From NCBI GenBank assembly GCA_976551045.1, contig CDPCPM010000052.1, positions 5,766,001 to 5,830,000 on the forward strand: 64,000 bases of DNA, written 5' to 3'. Made by a program: the position numbers and the translations under genes. The first letter of the stretch is position 1; every line of letters starts with the position of its first letter. The stretch is from Glaucostegus cemiculus (Eukaryota). Shown piece by piece: positions 38,420 through 50,839 of the stretch. The notes beneath the pieces were generated by a model that was not told where the DNA came from, did no database searches, and saw nothing but the letters and a program-made list of their open reading frames with translations.

Positions 38420-38700
38420 CCTTAGCAGAGGGGTCAAAAATCAGGAAGCATGAATTGAAACTAATTGGTAGAAGGATTAGAGGGGTGATGAGGAAACTGT
38501 CTTTTTTAACAGAGAGTGGTAGGGTTCTGAAACTCACTGGCTGAGGATGGTACAGGAAGGTACCCTCAGTGGACTTCAAAAATATTTGATTGTGTACTTG
38601 TGACCTTCTGTCCTATTGTCCTAATGTTCATTGGTGGGTTTAGCTCTTTTTAGACCAGCACCAACCCTATTGGTCAAATGGCCGCCTACTGTGTTGTAAA
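38420..38700 (+). mobile_element. Decayed CR1 3' end
   Basis: ggattagaggggtgatgaggaaac...cagagagtggtagggttctgaaactcactg and CR1 tail. Confidence 0.7.
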
Positions 38701-39934
38701 TTTTCAATAGTTTCAACAGAATTTGTTAAAGTGTAAGCTGAATCTGTCAACATTATTGGAGCCCTGAATAGTGCATTATCTTCATTTTTGTATCCAAGAG
38801 ATTGATGTTCAATCAAAATGGAAAATAATACTTTGTTATCTGGATCTTTTTTGCACTGGCTGCCCAGATCAGTTAAGATTAATCCAGGGGCTGCCTCCTG
38901 GTTACAAACTCAGATGGATTGCTTTTCCATTTCTGTGTGCTGTTACTTATTTAGAAAGTGCTGATGTGACGAATGGCATTCACTTTCTGGTCTTCGTTTG
39001 CCTCTAACAGTATCGGTTTAGCTATCGATTTTTGCCTTTCTAATACTTATCTTGGTTAATAGTTGCAACATTACCAGTGTTTGAATGAGTGGCTAAATTA
39101 TTCTGAAGCATCACCTTGCGTGCACTGAGAGCAGCTGATACTACATCCATTCATGACTAATTAATGCTACCTGACCACATACACAGTGCAAGACCTGGAA
39201 ACAGCTTGCCAGATTTCTTAATGTGTGCCATGCTCTTGTGTGCTTGCAGAATCGTCTTGGGATCTCTAGTCAGGTTTAAACATAATGCGTCTAAACAAAA
39301 CCACAGCAGAAAGGATAGGCACATTGCCCAATACTCCCTGGAAACCTTGATCTGCCGCCAAAGTATTTAAACAATTTATTGTTTTGGATTTCCAGTGCGC
39401 AACTGTTTCTCAAATCCCTTACTAATTAATCCCGTTAATTCGTTGTGGACTTATTTTGTGTGCTGCATATGACCCTCTCTTTGGAGGCTGCCGATTTGTT
39501 TTTATGTAGTGTGGGGGCCATAGGGAGAAGTTAGTATTCTTAAGTGAGGATCTACAGATGTGACAGGAAAAGTTCAGGGTTGGTGGCAAAGTTTCTTTTA
39601 CCTCATAATGTATTGCTTTACCCTTTCAGTGTAGTTGCTAAGGGATCTGCAAATGTTCTGACATTACATGAGCAATGCTACAGATATTTTCAGTGACTTG
39701 TAATCATCTCTTGAAATGTTGATGGATTATAATTACATTTAGACTTACGTTGTAACCAAAATGAAATTGGTAAATAGTCCTAAACAAAAAATAGAATATA
39801 TGAATGTGAATTTCGTTCAGCCCTTTGCTTTTGTTCTACATTCACTACAGATTTAAGCTGACTGTTAGGGAGCTTTGTACAATCTGGATTTATTTGCTTT
39901 TGTTACCTCAGCTCCTTAAACCTCCAGCTGAACA

Positions 39935-40225
39935 ACATGGTAGCATGGTAATTAAATTCCTTGTATCCAGTGGTCTGGACTATTAATCTGAAGAGATGAA
40001 ATTAAAACTTGCCATGTTGGCTGGGAAATTTAAGTTCAAGTCATTGAACTTGAAATGACTATCTAGAATCAGAAGTGATGACCATAAAACCGCCAGTTTG
40101 TTCTTCAGGGGAAGAAATCTGTCATTCTCACTTGGTCAGGTCTAAAGTGACTTTTAATCTATCAGTGGGATTGAATCTTAACTGCCTTCTGAAATGGCTA
40201 GCCAGCTTCAGTTCAGGGGCAATTG
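39935..40225 (+). mobile_element. tRNA-derived SINE (chondrichthyan type)
   Basis: ctggactattaatctgaag...gtgatgaccataaaac...tcttaactgccttctgaaatggc...cagttcaggggcaatt; a probable opposite-strand relative lies at about 40540-41180. Confidence 0.55.
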
Positions 40226-40747
40226 TCACAGAAAATGTTAACCTTGATTGTAAAGTACTGGCCTTTATATCTCCTGAATCATGAAAATTTTTTGCTGTGT
40301 TTAGCTGACGTGAGAGAGAGAGGCAAAGATTTTTTGCCTACACTTTGCGAGGTTTTGTTTGCCAGGCAATCTCTTGACACCTCCTACTGTGTTCTGGCTT
40401 TGAAGTTTGCACTGAAACCATGAGTGCTAGATTCTAGAGTTGTTCATCCAGACAAAGGTAAAGAAATGGGTAGCAAACTGGAGTGTTTAGTACACAAGAA
40501 ACAGTTGAGAGGCTGGTACTTGGATATGAAAGGTTTAATTTTTAATTTAGTCGTTCATAAGATATGGTTGTTTCTGATATTTATTGTCCATCATTAATCC
40601 TCCCACAAATGAGGAGGCAGTTGAGTCAATCACATTCATGGGTTTAGAGTCACCTATGACCAGACCAGTAAAGGACGACCAATATGCACACCCAAAGGGC
40701 ATTAGTGATCAAAATCACCTTGTTATGATGAACTAGGAGTTACTGTT

Positions 40748-41100
40748 AGAACCATAGAATACTACAGCACAGAAAACAGGCCATTCGGCCCTTTTAGTCT
40801 GTGCCGAAGCTTTATTCCACTATCGCTTGACCTGCACCCAGTCCATAACCCTCCAGACCTCTCCCGTCATGTATCTATCCAATTTATTCTTAAAACTTAA
40901 AGTGAGCCCTCATTTACCACGTCAAGTGGCAGCTCGTTCCACACTCCCACCACTCTCTGAGTGAAGAAGTTCCCCCTAATGTTCCCACTAAATCTTTCCC
41001 CTTTCACCCTAAAGCCATGTCCTCTCATACTTATATCTCCTAATCTAGGTGGAAAGAGCCTACTCACATTTACTCTGTCTATACCCCTCATAATTTTGTA
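40748..41100 (-). mobile_element. Relatively young CR1 3' end
   Basis: Uninterrupted peptide MRGIDRVNVSRLFP...RGHGFRVKGERFSGNIRGNFFTQRVVGVWNELP. Confidence 0.95.
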
Positions 41101-43169
41101 AAAAGGGATTCAAGTTCCTTGCTCTTGATCAACAGTCCAAGGCACTTGTTGCTAGCCCCATAGCATAACATTCTACCACACCATTGTTTAGGGCAGGGAA
41201 ATTATGTTGGCCATTTGCAGGATCTAGTGATATTTTGGTACGTACCTGGTAATTCTTACAGTTTTTTATAACTTGTATCACTTGCTTGATTGAAATTATT
41301 TGTTACTGTTAAAATTAACTGTATCCTTATTTGGATAGTTGATGTAGTATTAGATTTTCTCTATCTTGTGTCTGTATATGTATGCATTCTGTTTTATTAT
41401 AACTTGTCCTGTTGCCTTCTATTATTCTTTGTACCTCATTTGACTATTCTTTGCTGTGCCAGGACAAATGCGAAAATCTGATCAGTGGACATCTTCCAGT
41501 AATCTATTTACACAGCCTCTTGGTTAATGTAGCAAAGGAAAAAAAAAATGAGTGGAACAGATGGCTTTGGCACAGGAACTTGGCCATAACTGGGAAAATC
41601 CACACCTGGGATCAACCAGATTATGGTTGTCATTGAGACTGGTATTCAGACTGCAATGTCAGTGTTTTGAAATTGCCTATCAAAGCACCATTATATGTGC
41701 CTTCTTATAATAAATTATATTTTTATAATCTAAAAACTTGTGATTTAAATATGCGGCAATAGTACTGTAGTTACGGTTACCCAAATAGTATAACATTTCA
41801 GGTCTTCCCCACCTGGATTAGAGGGTATGTGCTATAAGGAGAGGTTGGACAAACTTGGATTGTTTTTTCCAAAGTGTTGGAGACAGAGGAGTAACCTGTA
41901 AGCAGGTGGTGTGTCTTCTTAGTTCAAGAACCTCTGCACTAAAGGATTATGCAGTTGAAGAACTTTTCTCTTTTTTGAAGCTTTCATAGTTCTTGTGTAG
42001 CAATAGTGGATTGAAGTTGGCAGTTGCAAAATAACTGACTAGGCAATTACTTTACTTAAATCTCTAGGGTGGGAATGGTTTCAGTAATATTTAGATTTAT
42101 TGTATATGTGATCAAAATTATATTTGAGTCCTTGCTGTTCAACTAGTAATTTGATGCTCAAAGCCTTTCCCTTTCTAGACAGTAATCTTGACACCCTAAT
42201 CTGAAGTTTTAGTCAGAATGCAACCCTGTTCTGTCTAAAATTAGCAAAATTACTAAAGTTCAAGTTCTCTTTTGTTGAAGTTTAACATCTCATTGAAAAA
42301 GCTACCACGTTTTCCAAACAAGTGTTTAGAGCTCAGCTTTTGAATATTTAGCAGTAGCTTTTTGATAGTGTTGCTTGTGATGGTTTGGGTTTAAAAGGAA
42401 GAATTGTGAGAGATAAGCTAGTAATACCAATGTAAACATTGTTGTACAGCCTCCTCTTGAAGAGGTCTGGTTTTACACTGTTGAGTATGAATGCGATAAG
42501 CTGTTCTAAGGAGCTCAGTAATACAGTTTGTGGTTTAATCTCATTGTTGATAGGCAGCCAAGGTCTTCCCTCTCAGTGCCAGCCACTTTTGTCTTCATTT
42601 ATTCAGATACTGCACAGAAGACAGCTTTGTATTGCGTAGGCCGAGCAATGTTTAGAGATTTTAAGTCTTTAGCTGAAAGTCCACTGAAAGTGGTCATTGT
42701 ATTCACAATTTGAGTTTCCAGAATACTAATTCAAAATAAAAAGATACAAAATCTCTATAATGAGTCTAGTTTATGAAAATACATGTTTGTAAAACATTTT
42801 CTTGAAATCAATGTTTTAACTATGAAAAACAATTATCCCTTAGAAGCATTGGTATTGACCTAAGTGCCTCAGAAGTTACTTAATTTTTCAATTATCTCAG
42901 CTCTCTTTCATTTCCACTCCTGAAAGTAGTGTTTAATAGTGTTGTTGTAAAGATAACATGGACATCAATAGCCATCTGGTACCTCATTTAAGCACCAGTC
43001 CCTTGCCTTGACCCTCTCCAAGCTAATTGATGGAGGAAGAAACTTGGCAGAGCCCAAGCATCTACTCAAATGTACTTTTCATCAAGTGTGAGCCTTGAAT
43101 TTGGTTTGGTGGGAGGTACCCTGCTGTTAGTATCCTGCCATTTGTCATTGGTTAGTCCTCTAAAGTACC

Positions 43170-43790
43170 AAAGAAGGTTGACAGGGGTGATATGGTTTAT
43201 ATTATGTATGTTGACTTTTAAAACATAGAGAATAGGCATCAGCAAGATTGTAGGTCGTGGAGTTAAAGAGAAAGTGGCATTGTAGACATGAATAGGCTGA
43301 GGAGCAGAGAGCAGGAAATGTGATCAATTATTTTTCAAACAGGTTTCAAGTATTAAGTGGGGTTCTACACGGATCAGTATTAAAGATACTGCTTTTTTTT
43401 ATATCTGTCAATGACTACATTTGCTAATTAGGACATACTTTCAGTTGACACAAAATTGAGAGAGAGAGTGAAGCAGTGTAGGGGATGTTGCAGCCTTCAG
43501 GAGGGCAGGGACAAACTGGGGAGTGGGCAGACACATGAAGATAAAATTTAACACTGGTACCACGTGATTCATTTTGTTTGGGAGAATGAGGAGAGGTGAT
43601 ATCACACAATATTGCAATTTTGCATTGGGTACAGGTATGGAATTCTGGGGCATAGGTAAACAAATATTTAAAGATGGCAGAATGAATTGAGAAGGATGCA
43701 TTTTAGAAATAAAGGATCCAAAGCTTCAAAAACAAAGGTGTGAAGTACAAAAGCAAAGAAGTAATGCCAGGCCTTTGTAGAACGTGTTGG
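43170..43790 (+). mobile_element. Heavily decayed CR1 RT fragment
   Basis: Remnants of VDxxYxDFxK, SGVPQGSVL and WAxxWxxxFNxxKC motifs. Confidence 0.6.
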
Positions 43791-44389
43791 CTGGTGCTTC
43801 TGTAAGAAATTTTAAAAGTAATTCAGTTATTTATTCACGCCAATGAATTAAGCAGGTATACACTTTCTTCATACACTGAAAGGAGTATACTTTGGCTTGA
43901 TAGCTTTTGAGGAAACTGCAAAATCAGTATGCAAAACTGTCATCATGACAGCATAGAGAAGTGTAGTGATGCAGTCTCCTACGTTTCCTTCATACGAAGC
44001 CTCTTTCATACACCATTATATCAGCTGATTTACTTTCCCCAGTTAACAGCACAGAACCACCTCTATCAAGTTTTGGATGAAGCCTCAGCCTATCCAGATT
44101 AGATAAGTCACACTAAATGTTCATCATTCTGTTAACTTGTTCAGTTGGTCCAATAGCACATTTTTTCCTTGTTTTTGAGGTTTCTAGTGAGATTAAAGTG
44201 CAGACACTGGAAAATGAACCACTTAAAAATATGTATATTAATCCGTTCCTTTCATGTCTAAAATACAGTGGAGAAGCTACATTCTTTAATTGTGTGTTAA
44301 TAGTTTCTCACTTTTATATTCGGTCATCCTATATAAGGTGTGTATATATACTTCGATTAGGTAGTCAATGATAAGGTTGGTCCTTGAGA

Positions 44390-46200
44390 TAGGGCCCTAA
44401 ATTGAGGGAAGGCAGTTTTCAATGGCGTTAAATATGATCTGATGGAAGTAGATTGGAAGCAGCTGCTAGAGGGGAAAATAACATCTGATAAGTGGGAGGC
44501 ATTTAAAAGTGAGATGATAAGAGTTCAGAGTCAACATGTACCTGTAAGGGTAAGAAACAAAGTTAGTAAGTTTAGAAAACCTTAGTTAACATAAGATATT
44601 GATCAGGGAAAAGAAGGAAGCACATGACAGGTATAGCAAATTGGTATTAAATAACTCTATTGAGGTTTATGTGGGATATATGAGAGAGAAATAAATTACG
44701 ATTGCAGAAGGGGGCCATGAGATGACCTTGGCAAGTCAGATTAAGGAGAATCTAAAACCTTTCTAGAGTATATTATAAGCAAGAAGATAGCCAAGGAAAG
44801 AGTAGGTCTCCTTGGAGATCAAAGGTAATCTATGTGTGGAGCCAGGGGGTCTGAGCAAGGTACTAAATGAACACTTCTTATCGGTATTCACTGGGGGGAG
44901 GAATGTGGAGGCGCAAGAATTGAGGGAAGGGTTCACTGATATTCTCAAGTATGTCTGTATCAGGAAGGAGGAAGTGTTCGAAATATGAGCACACATTAGT
45001 GTGGATAAATCCGCAAGGCTTGATATGAATTATCCCACACACAAGGAAGGAGATTGCTGTGGTTCTGATGGAGATTTTTGCATCTTTGTTAGCCATGGAT
45101 GAGGTACCAGAAGACTGGTGGTTAGCTAATGTTCTCCCCTTCTTCAATAAGGGCAGTGGAGAATAAGCCTGGACACGACAGGATGGTGAGCCTTGCATTA
45201 ATGTTAGGGTCGTTGAGGGAGATGATTCTGAGGGACAGGATTCATGGCAGGGATTAATTAGGAGGAGTCAGCATGATTCTGTATAGGGGAGATTGTGTCT
45301 CATAAATCTGATTGAGTTGAGGAGGTAACTTAGAAATTTTATTGAAGACAGAGTGATAGACTTGGCTTACATGGACTTTGGTAAGGTGTTTGACAAGGTC
45401 CTTCATGGCAGGCTGGTCCAAAACGTTAAAGCACAAAGAGTCTGAGATGCGTTGGCAAACTGTACCCAAAATGGGCTGGGTAATAGGAGGCGGAGGTTAG
45501 TTGTGGATGGGTGTTTTTCTGACTGGAAGTCTGTAACACATGGTGTACAGCAAGAATGGGTGCTGGGATTGTTTTGTTTGTAATATCTTAAATTGACTTG
45601 GATAAGAATGTAGGTGGTTTGATTAATATATCTGTAGTCAATATGAAAATTGGTGGAGTCATAGATAGCAAAGAAGGTTGTCGGCGGATATATTGGGACG
45701 TCTGCTGGAAATTTGGGTGGACTGATGGTAGATGGAATTTAATCGAGACAAGTGGAAAGTAATCAATCTGGGCAAGTCACATTCTGGTAGGACATGTAGA
45801 GTAAGTGGCAGGGATCTTAGGAGCATTGATGTACAGAGGGACCTTGGAATGCAATTCCATAACTCACTCGAAGAGGCAACATATGTAGATACAGTGGTGA
45901 AGAAAGCATTTAGTATGCTTGGCTTCATAGGTTGAGGCATTGAGTTTAGGAGTTGGGACATCATGTTGCAGCTGTACAGAGCATTGGTTGGACTGCATTT
46001 AGAGTATTGTGTACATCTCTGGTCACCATACTACAGGATGGATGTGGTAGCAATAGAGTGAGTGCAGAAGAGATTCACCAGGACGTTGCCTGGATCAGAG
46101 GGCTGGAGTTATAAGGAGAGATTAGGCTGGGTTTCTCAGTGGAATGTAGGAGGCTGTGGGCTGACCTTGTAGAGGTTTATAAAATTATGAGCAGTGTAGA
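44390..46200 (+). mobile_element. CR1 ORF2, ~1.8 kb decayed fragment
   Basis: Ordered motifs WEAFKSE, EVPEDW, SQHxF, YMDFxKxFDKV, MEFNRDKWKVINLGK, QRDLG, LEYCVxxWSP; many stops and frameshifts. Confidence 0.92.
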
Positions 46201-46204
46201 TGGC

Positions 46205-46880
46205 CACCTAGTGAAGTGTCGAGGGAGCTGAAGTAGGTAAGACCAGGGACTTCATTAAAGCAAGAGCTAAGATGCAGGTTTTTAGTTAAATAATTAAATA
46301 AAATAATAAAATTAATTTAAAAGCAAGCATGACTGGGCAAGTGATGTGTTGCAGCTATAGTTTGTGTGAGATGATAAAAACCAATCTGATCTAATTCAGA
46401 GTCGATGAGCTGGAGTCTGAGATTTGGACTGTAATATATAGCTGGGGGACAAGGTATGGTGGGGTAGTTACCAGAATGTTTCAAAAAGCATAATGCCCTT
46501 GAAATTATTGTAGAATTGTTTAGTAAAAGGGAACTAGTGATTGTGACGATGAAGGAGGGAAGTGTTCAGATCCTGCGGTTAGTATTGGAGGAACCTCTGC
46601 CCTATAGACATCCAACAGATGCAAGGTTTTTACAGCTTGTGGTTATTGTGGTGTATGTGGGAATGAATGACATAGAAAGGGCTTATAAGGAGGTTCTACT
46701 TAAGGAGTATGTGCAGTAAGGCTCCAAATTAAAAAGCAGAAGTGATAATCTTGGATTATTACCTGGGTCACACATGAATTAGCATAAGGTCAGTAAGATC
46801 AAAGAGTTGAATGCATGGTTCAAAGAATAGTGTGGGAGAAATGAGTTTTAGTTCATGGAGCACTGGTGCTGGTATTGTAG
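46205..46880 (+). mobile_element. CR1 5' region / ORF1 remnant (Cys-rich N-terminus and SGNH-esterase domain)
   Basis: MTGQVMCCS start; VVYVGMNDI (VHxGTND esterase block); GSKLKSR..IIxGLLP; ELNAWxKExCGRNxF. Confidence 0.75.
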
Positions 46881-46884
46881 AAAA

Positions 46885-47645
46885 AGTTAATGTGGGTCCC
46901 TTGTAGACTGAAATTGGAGAAATTATGTTGGGGATAAGGAAATGTCAGGGAAATTAAACAGATATTTTGCGTCTGTCTTCAAGTAAGAAGACACAAAATC
47001 TCCTGGAAATAGTGGAAATCAACAGGCCTGGAGTGAATGAGGAACTGAAAGAAATCAGAATTAGTAACACATAATATCTGAGAAACTATTGGGACTGGCA
47101 GCTGATAAATCTCCTGGATCTGATGACCTGTATCCCGAAGTTTTGAAAGAGAACCAGATAAATGGTGAATGTGTTGGTTGTCATCTTGCAAAATTCCATA
47201 CATTTTAGAATGGTTCCCACAGATTAAAAGGTAGCAAATATAATCCTGTGATCCAAGAAACCAGGGAAAGAGAAAATGGGAACTATGGATCTGTTAGTCT
47301 ACTATCACTGGTGATGAAATTGCTAGAACTTGTGATTAATGAAGAAGTAATAAGGCACTCAGAAAATAATAATGGAATTGGACAAATTCTGCATGAAATT
47401 ATGAGAGGGAAATCATGCTTGACAAACTTGTTGAAGTCATTTTGAGGTTGCATGCAAGCATATCCTTCCTTAAATATGGAGACCAAAATTGCAGAGTTCT
47501 TCAGAGTGGTTTTACCAGCTCCCTGTAAAGTTGCATCAAAGCTTCCTTTTTATACTCCATGCTTTTGCAATATGGCCAACAATCCATTGTCTTTCCTAAT
47601 TACTTGCTGTACTTTAATGCCAACTTTTTGTGCTTCATATCGGTG
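46885..47645 (+). mobile_element. CR1 ORF2 fragment (+) followed by a short inverted CR1 piece (about 47446-47645, -)
   Basis: DKSPGxDxLYPxVLK, NYGSVSLLSLVMKLLE, GKSCLTNL. Confidence 0.8.
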
Positions 47646-47949
47646 AAATATACAAGATAATTGTTGGGAATGAGATTTCCTATACCTGGTATCAAGCAGT
47701 TACTGGCTCTGCCACAATACACTCTTCATAGAAATGGATGTTAAGCCTAAAACAGCTTCCAAGGCTATACCATTGTGAAAGGTACCACTACTCATTCACT
47801 ACAGCCCACATTGTCTCTCCTTACAGCTTGTTGACCATTTGATAAATTGATTCTGTACATGTATCAGATCTGCAAAAAAGTGAATATTAGAATAAGAAAC
47901 ATGAGAAGGAATAAGGTATTTGAGTTTTTAACTAGAATAGAAAAGGAGG

Positions 47950-48605
47950 AACCAATGTATTGTCAGAAGACCTTCAAAAAGATGCCACTCAAGACGATAG
48001 TAAACAAAATTTGAAAACATTGATTTGGGGGTGTCATTTTAATATAGATTGATGATGAACAAAAATAGGAAAGAAAGCTTCATTTTTGAGTTGGAAAGCT
48101 GTGAATAATGGAGTGCTCCCAAGACTGGTGCTTGGGGCTCCAGCCCTAAATCACTGATTTGGATGAAGGGCCCAAGTATAATGTAATGAAGTTTGCTGAT
48201 GATGCTAAACTGTGATCTGTGAGGATGCACAGAGGCTTCAGGAAGATTGTAAACAGATAAAGTGAATGGGTGAGATGAAATATAATATGGAAAATGTGAG
48301 ATCATTCACTTTGGTAGAAAAATACAAAGGTGGAATATTTTTTAAATGATGAGAGAATGGAGGTCTTGTTAATCAAAGGGACTCTGATGTCCTCATAGAC
48401 AAATACTGAAAGTTAACGTACGAACAATAAATGATGGAAACACAAATAGTATATCGGCGTTTGTTGCAAGATAATTTGAGTACCAAAGTAAAGATACCTA
48501 ATGAAATTGTATAGCACCCTGATGAGACTACACCTGGAATATTTTGAATAAATCTGGTCTCCCTATCCAATGAAGGATATCCTTTCATTGAGGGAAGAAA
48601 TAGTA
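47950..48605 (+). mobile_element. Decayed CR1 RT/thumb fragment
   Basis: aagtttgctgatgatgctaaact (KFADDxKL) and LYxxLxRxHLEY motifs. Confidence 0.75.
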
Positions 48606-49378
48606 AAGTGTAATTCTCCACCATGATCTGCTTCTCTTAAGGAGTTGGACTGGTCTAGGTATGGGTGAAAGTTACTTAAATTTCTTACATTTACTGTCAT
48701 GTAAATTTCTTACATTACAGTCAGGCACTTTCTTACCAGTAAGTCATACCAGTCTTCCCTGGGTTACTTTTGCTTCTAAACCTAGGGATTCTCAGTCTTG
48801 CCCCCGGCTTTGTATTACCTGTAGTGGAAAAACTGGTTTCTGGGGCTAGTCACACGAGATGCCCCGTTTTCCTGTTGGGTAAGGAAAGTTCCACGCTGTT
48901 TGGACTGATGGCCATATTGTTTTGTTCATAACTAAATATTGGGTAGTCATACCAATAGCAAATAGGGAGTGAAGGGGTCAAGAGAGCTGACGGTGAAGTG
49001 GAACTTTATGCCTGTGTACAGGAGAATAACTGAAGTAATAAGTCGAGATTTTGCCAAGGGGCAGCATATAGATGGGCACTAGGTTGGAGGCAACGTAAAT
49101 TCCAGATGTAAATGATAAATGCTATGAAGTTATTGTTGACAATTCTCTATCTATGATTAAATTGAGAATAGAGGCCGGTGAGAGCAATTCCATTCAACTG
49201 TAAAATTGAATAAAAGTGTTGAAGGAAGTCTGTGTGGTCAGATGTGACGATGGCTATAGGTAGGTAGAGCAGGATAAGTAGAGATGGTGCACCCTACAGT
49301 CATGTGGGTACCAACTGCAGCCATAGCAAATGCTTTATTTCCTGGATGATCAACTGAAGGTTAAGTAAAGCAGACTAA

Positions 49379-49525
49379 AAATTTGTGATGCAAGTTCAAT
49401 GTTCTGAACACCCAGGGTATAAATTAGAATTCTTACAATACATGCAGAATGTGTGCCACAGCTTTGCTATATCGTGGTCTGGTAAGGCCCTGAGCATTAA
49501 AACATTGAACTTGCATCAAAAATTT
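49379..49525. repeat. Inverted repeat / long hairpin with ~70-nt loop
   Basis: aaatttgtgatgcaagttcaatgtt (49379-49403) vs aacattgaacttgcatcaaaaattt (49501-49525), 24/25 complementary, extending imperfectly to cccaggg/ccctgag. Confidence 0.9.
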
Positions 49526-50084
49526 CAACTGTTTTAGAAAATGTTACTCCACAATTTATATCATCTCTTAGCATATCCTTAAAATGTGCAGGTGGACTCA
49601 CTCCAGCTATAAAGGCAATGGTTTTAAATGTTTAAATAGTCTGTAAAGGCAGGGCTGTTCACATTTGCAGACACTCAGGAGCATTGAATACATATTGATT
49701 GCTGCAAAGCATTGTACAGACTGGTAATTTTGAATTTTGCCTCCAGCTTGATTCAAATTAATTATTTTGTTTACCTCAAGACCATTTTATGCACTTTACT
49801 GTTTTGAATGTCTCCAACAAAATTTTAAAAAAAATGTAGTTTATCAATCCCATTTTCTTAAAACCCTGGATTATCCTGGTCAAACTTCTATTGATCCTTT
49901 TTAATCCATCTATGTCCCTTTTGAAGTTAACATAATCAAAACTACATGTGTATCCTGCTCCAGAACAGATCTCATTGTTGATGTGTACTGTGTCGGTGCA
50001 ACTTGTTCTGATGAAATCCTGTGACCTCCAGCTGCATCATAACATGAACCTCATAATGATTAGATATTTTTGTTTTATCATTAG

Positions 50085-50635
50085 AACTGTTCTGTGAGCA
50101 ATTTTGGGCCCCGTATCTAAGGAAGGATGTGCTGGCCCTGGAGAGAGTCTAGAGGAGGTTCACAAGAATGATCCTAGGAATAAAAGGCTTAACACATGAG
50201 GAGTGTTTCATATCTCTGGGCCTGTTTACTATGGAGTTCAGAAGGATGACTGAGGTGAGGGGGGATCTCATTGAAACTTACCGGACACTGAAAGGCCTGG
50301 ATAGAGTGAATGTGGAGAGGATGTTTCCACTAGTAGGAGAGTCTAGGTTCTGAATAAAGGGATGTTCCTTTAAAACTAAGAGGAGGAGGAATTTCTTCAA
50401 CTGGTGGGTGATAAATCTGTGGAATTTGTGCCACAGAGGGCTGTGGAAGCCACGTCATTGGGTGTATTTAAGGCAAAGATTGATGGCTTCTTGATTGGTA
50501 AGGGGGGGGGGGTTAAGGGCTATGGGGAGAAGGTGAGAGAATGGGATAGAAAAAAACATCGACTATGATTGAATGGTGGAGCAGATCTGATGGGACGAAT
50601 GGCCTAATTCTGCTCCTATTCCTTATGATCTTGTG
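50085..50635 (+). mobile_element. CR1 3' end
   Basis: FWAPYLRKDVLALERV...LGLFTMEFRRM...RGDLIETYRTLKGLDRV and tail. Confidence 0.93.
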
Positions 50636-50839
50636 CTCATTCTCATGTCTTTTTAATTTTCCCTATACCAGTGGCTGAAAGTCTGATTTGTTTTCTATTT
50701 GAAGTGAGCTGAGACAGTTTTAGTCCAAAGTAGCCAAATTGAACAAATCCATCCCTAATCTGACTTTGTTAAAATCACTCTCAAGCTCATCTGCAGTTGG
50801 GATTGAAGCTTGCGTCCAGTTCTTTTTACAATTGTGAAA

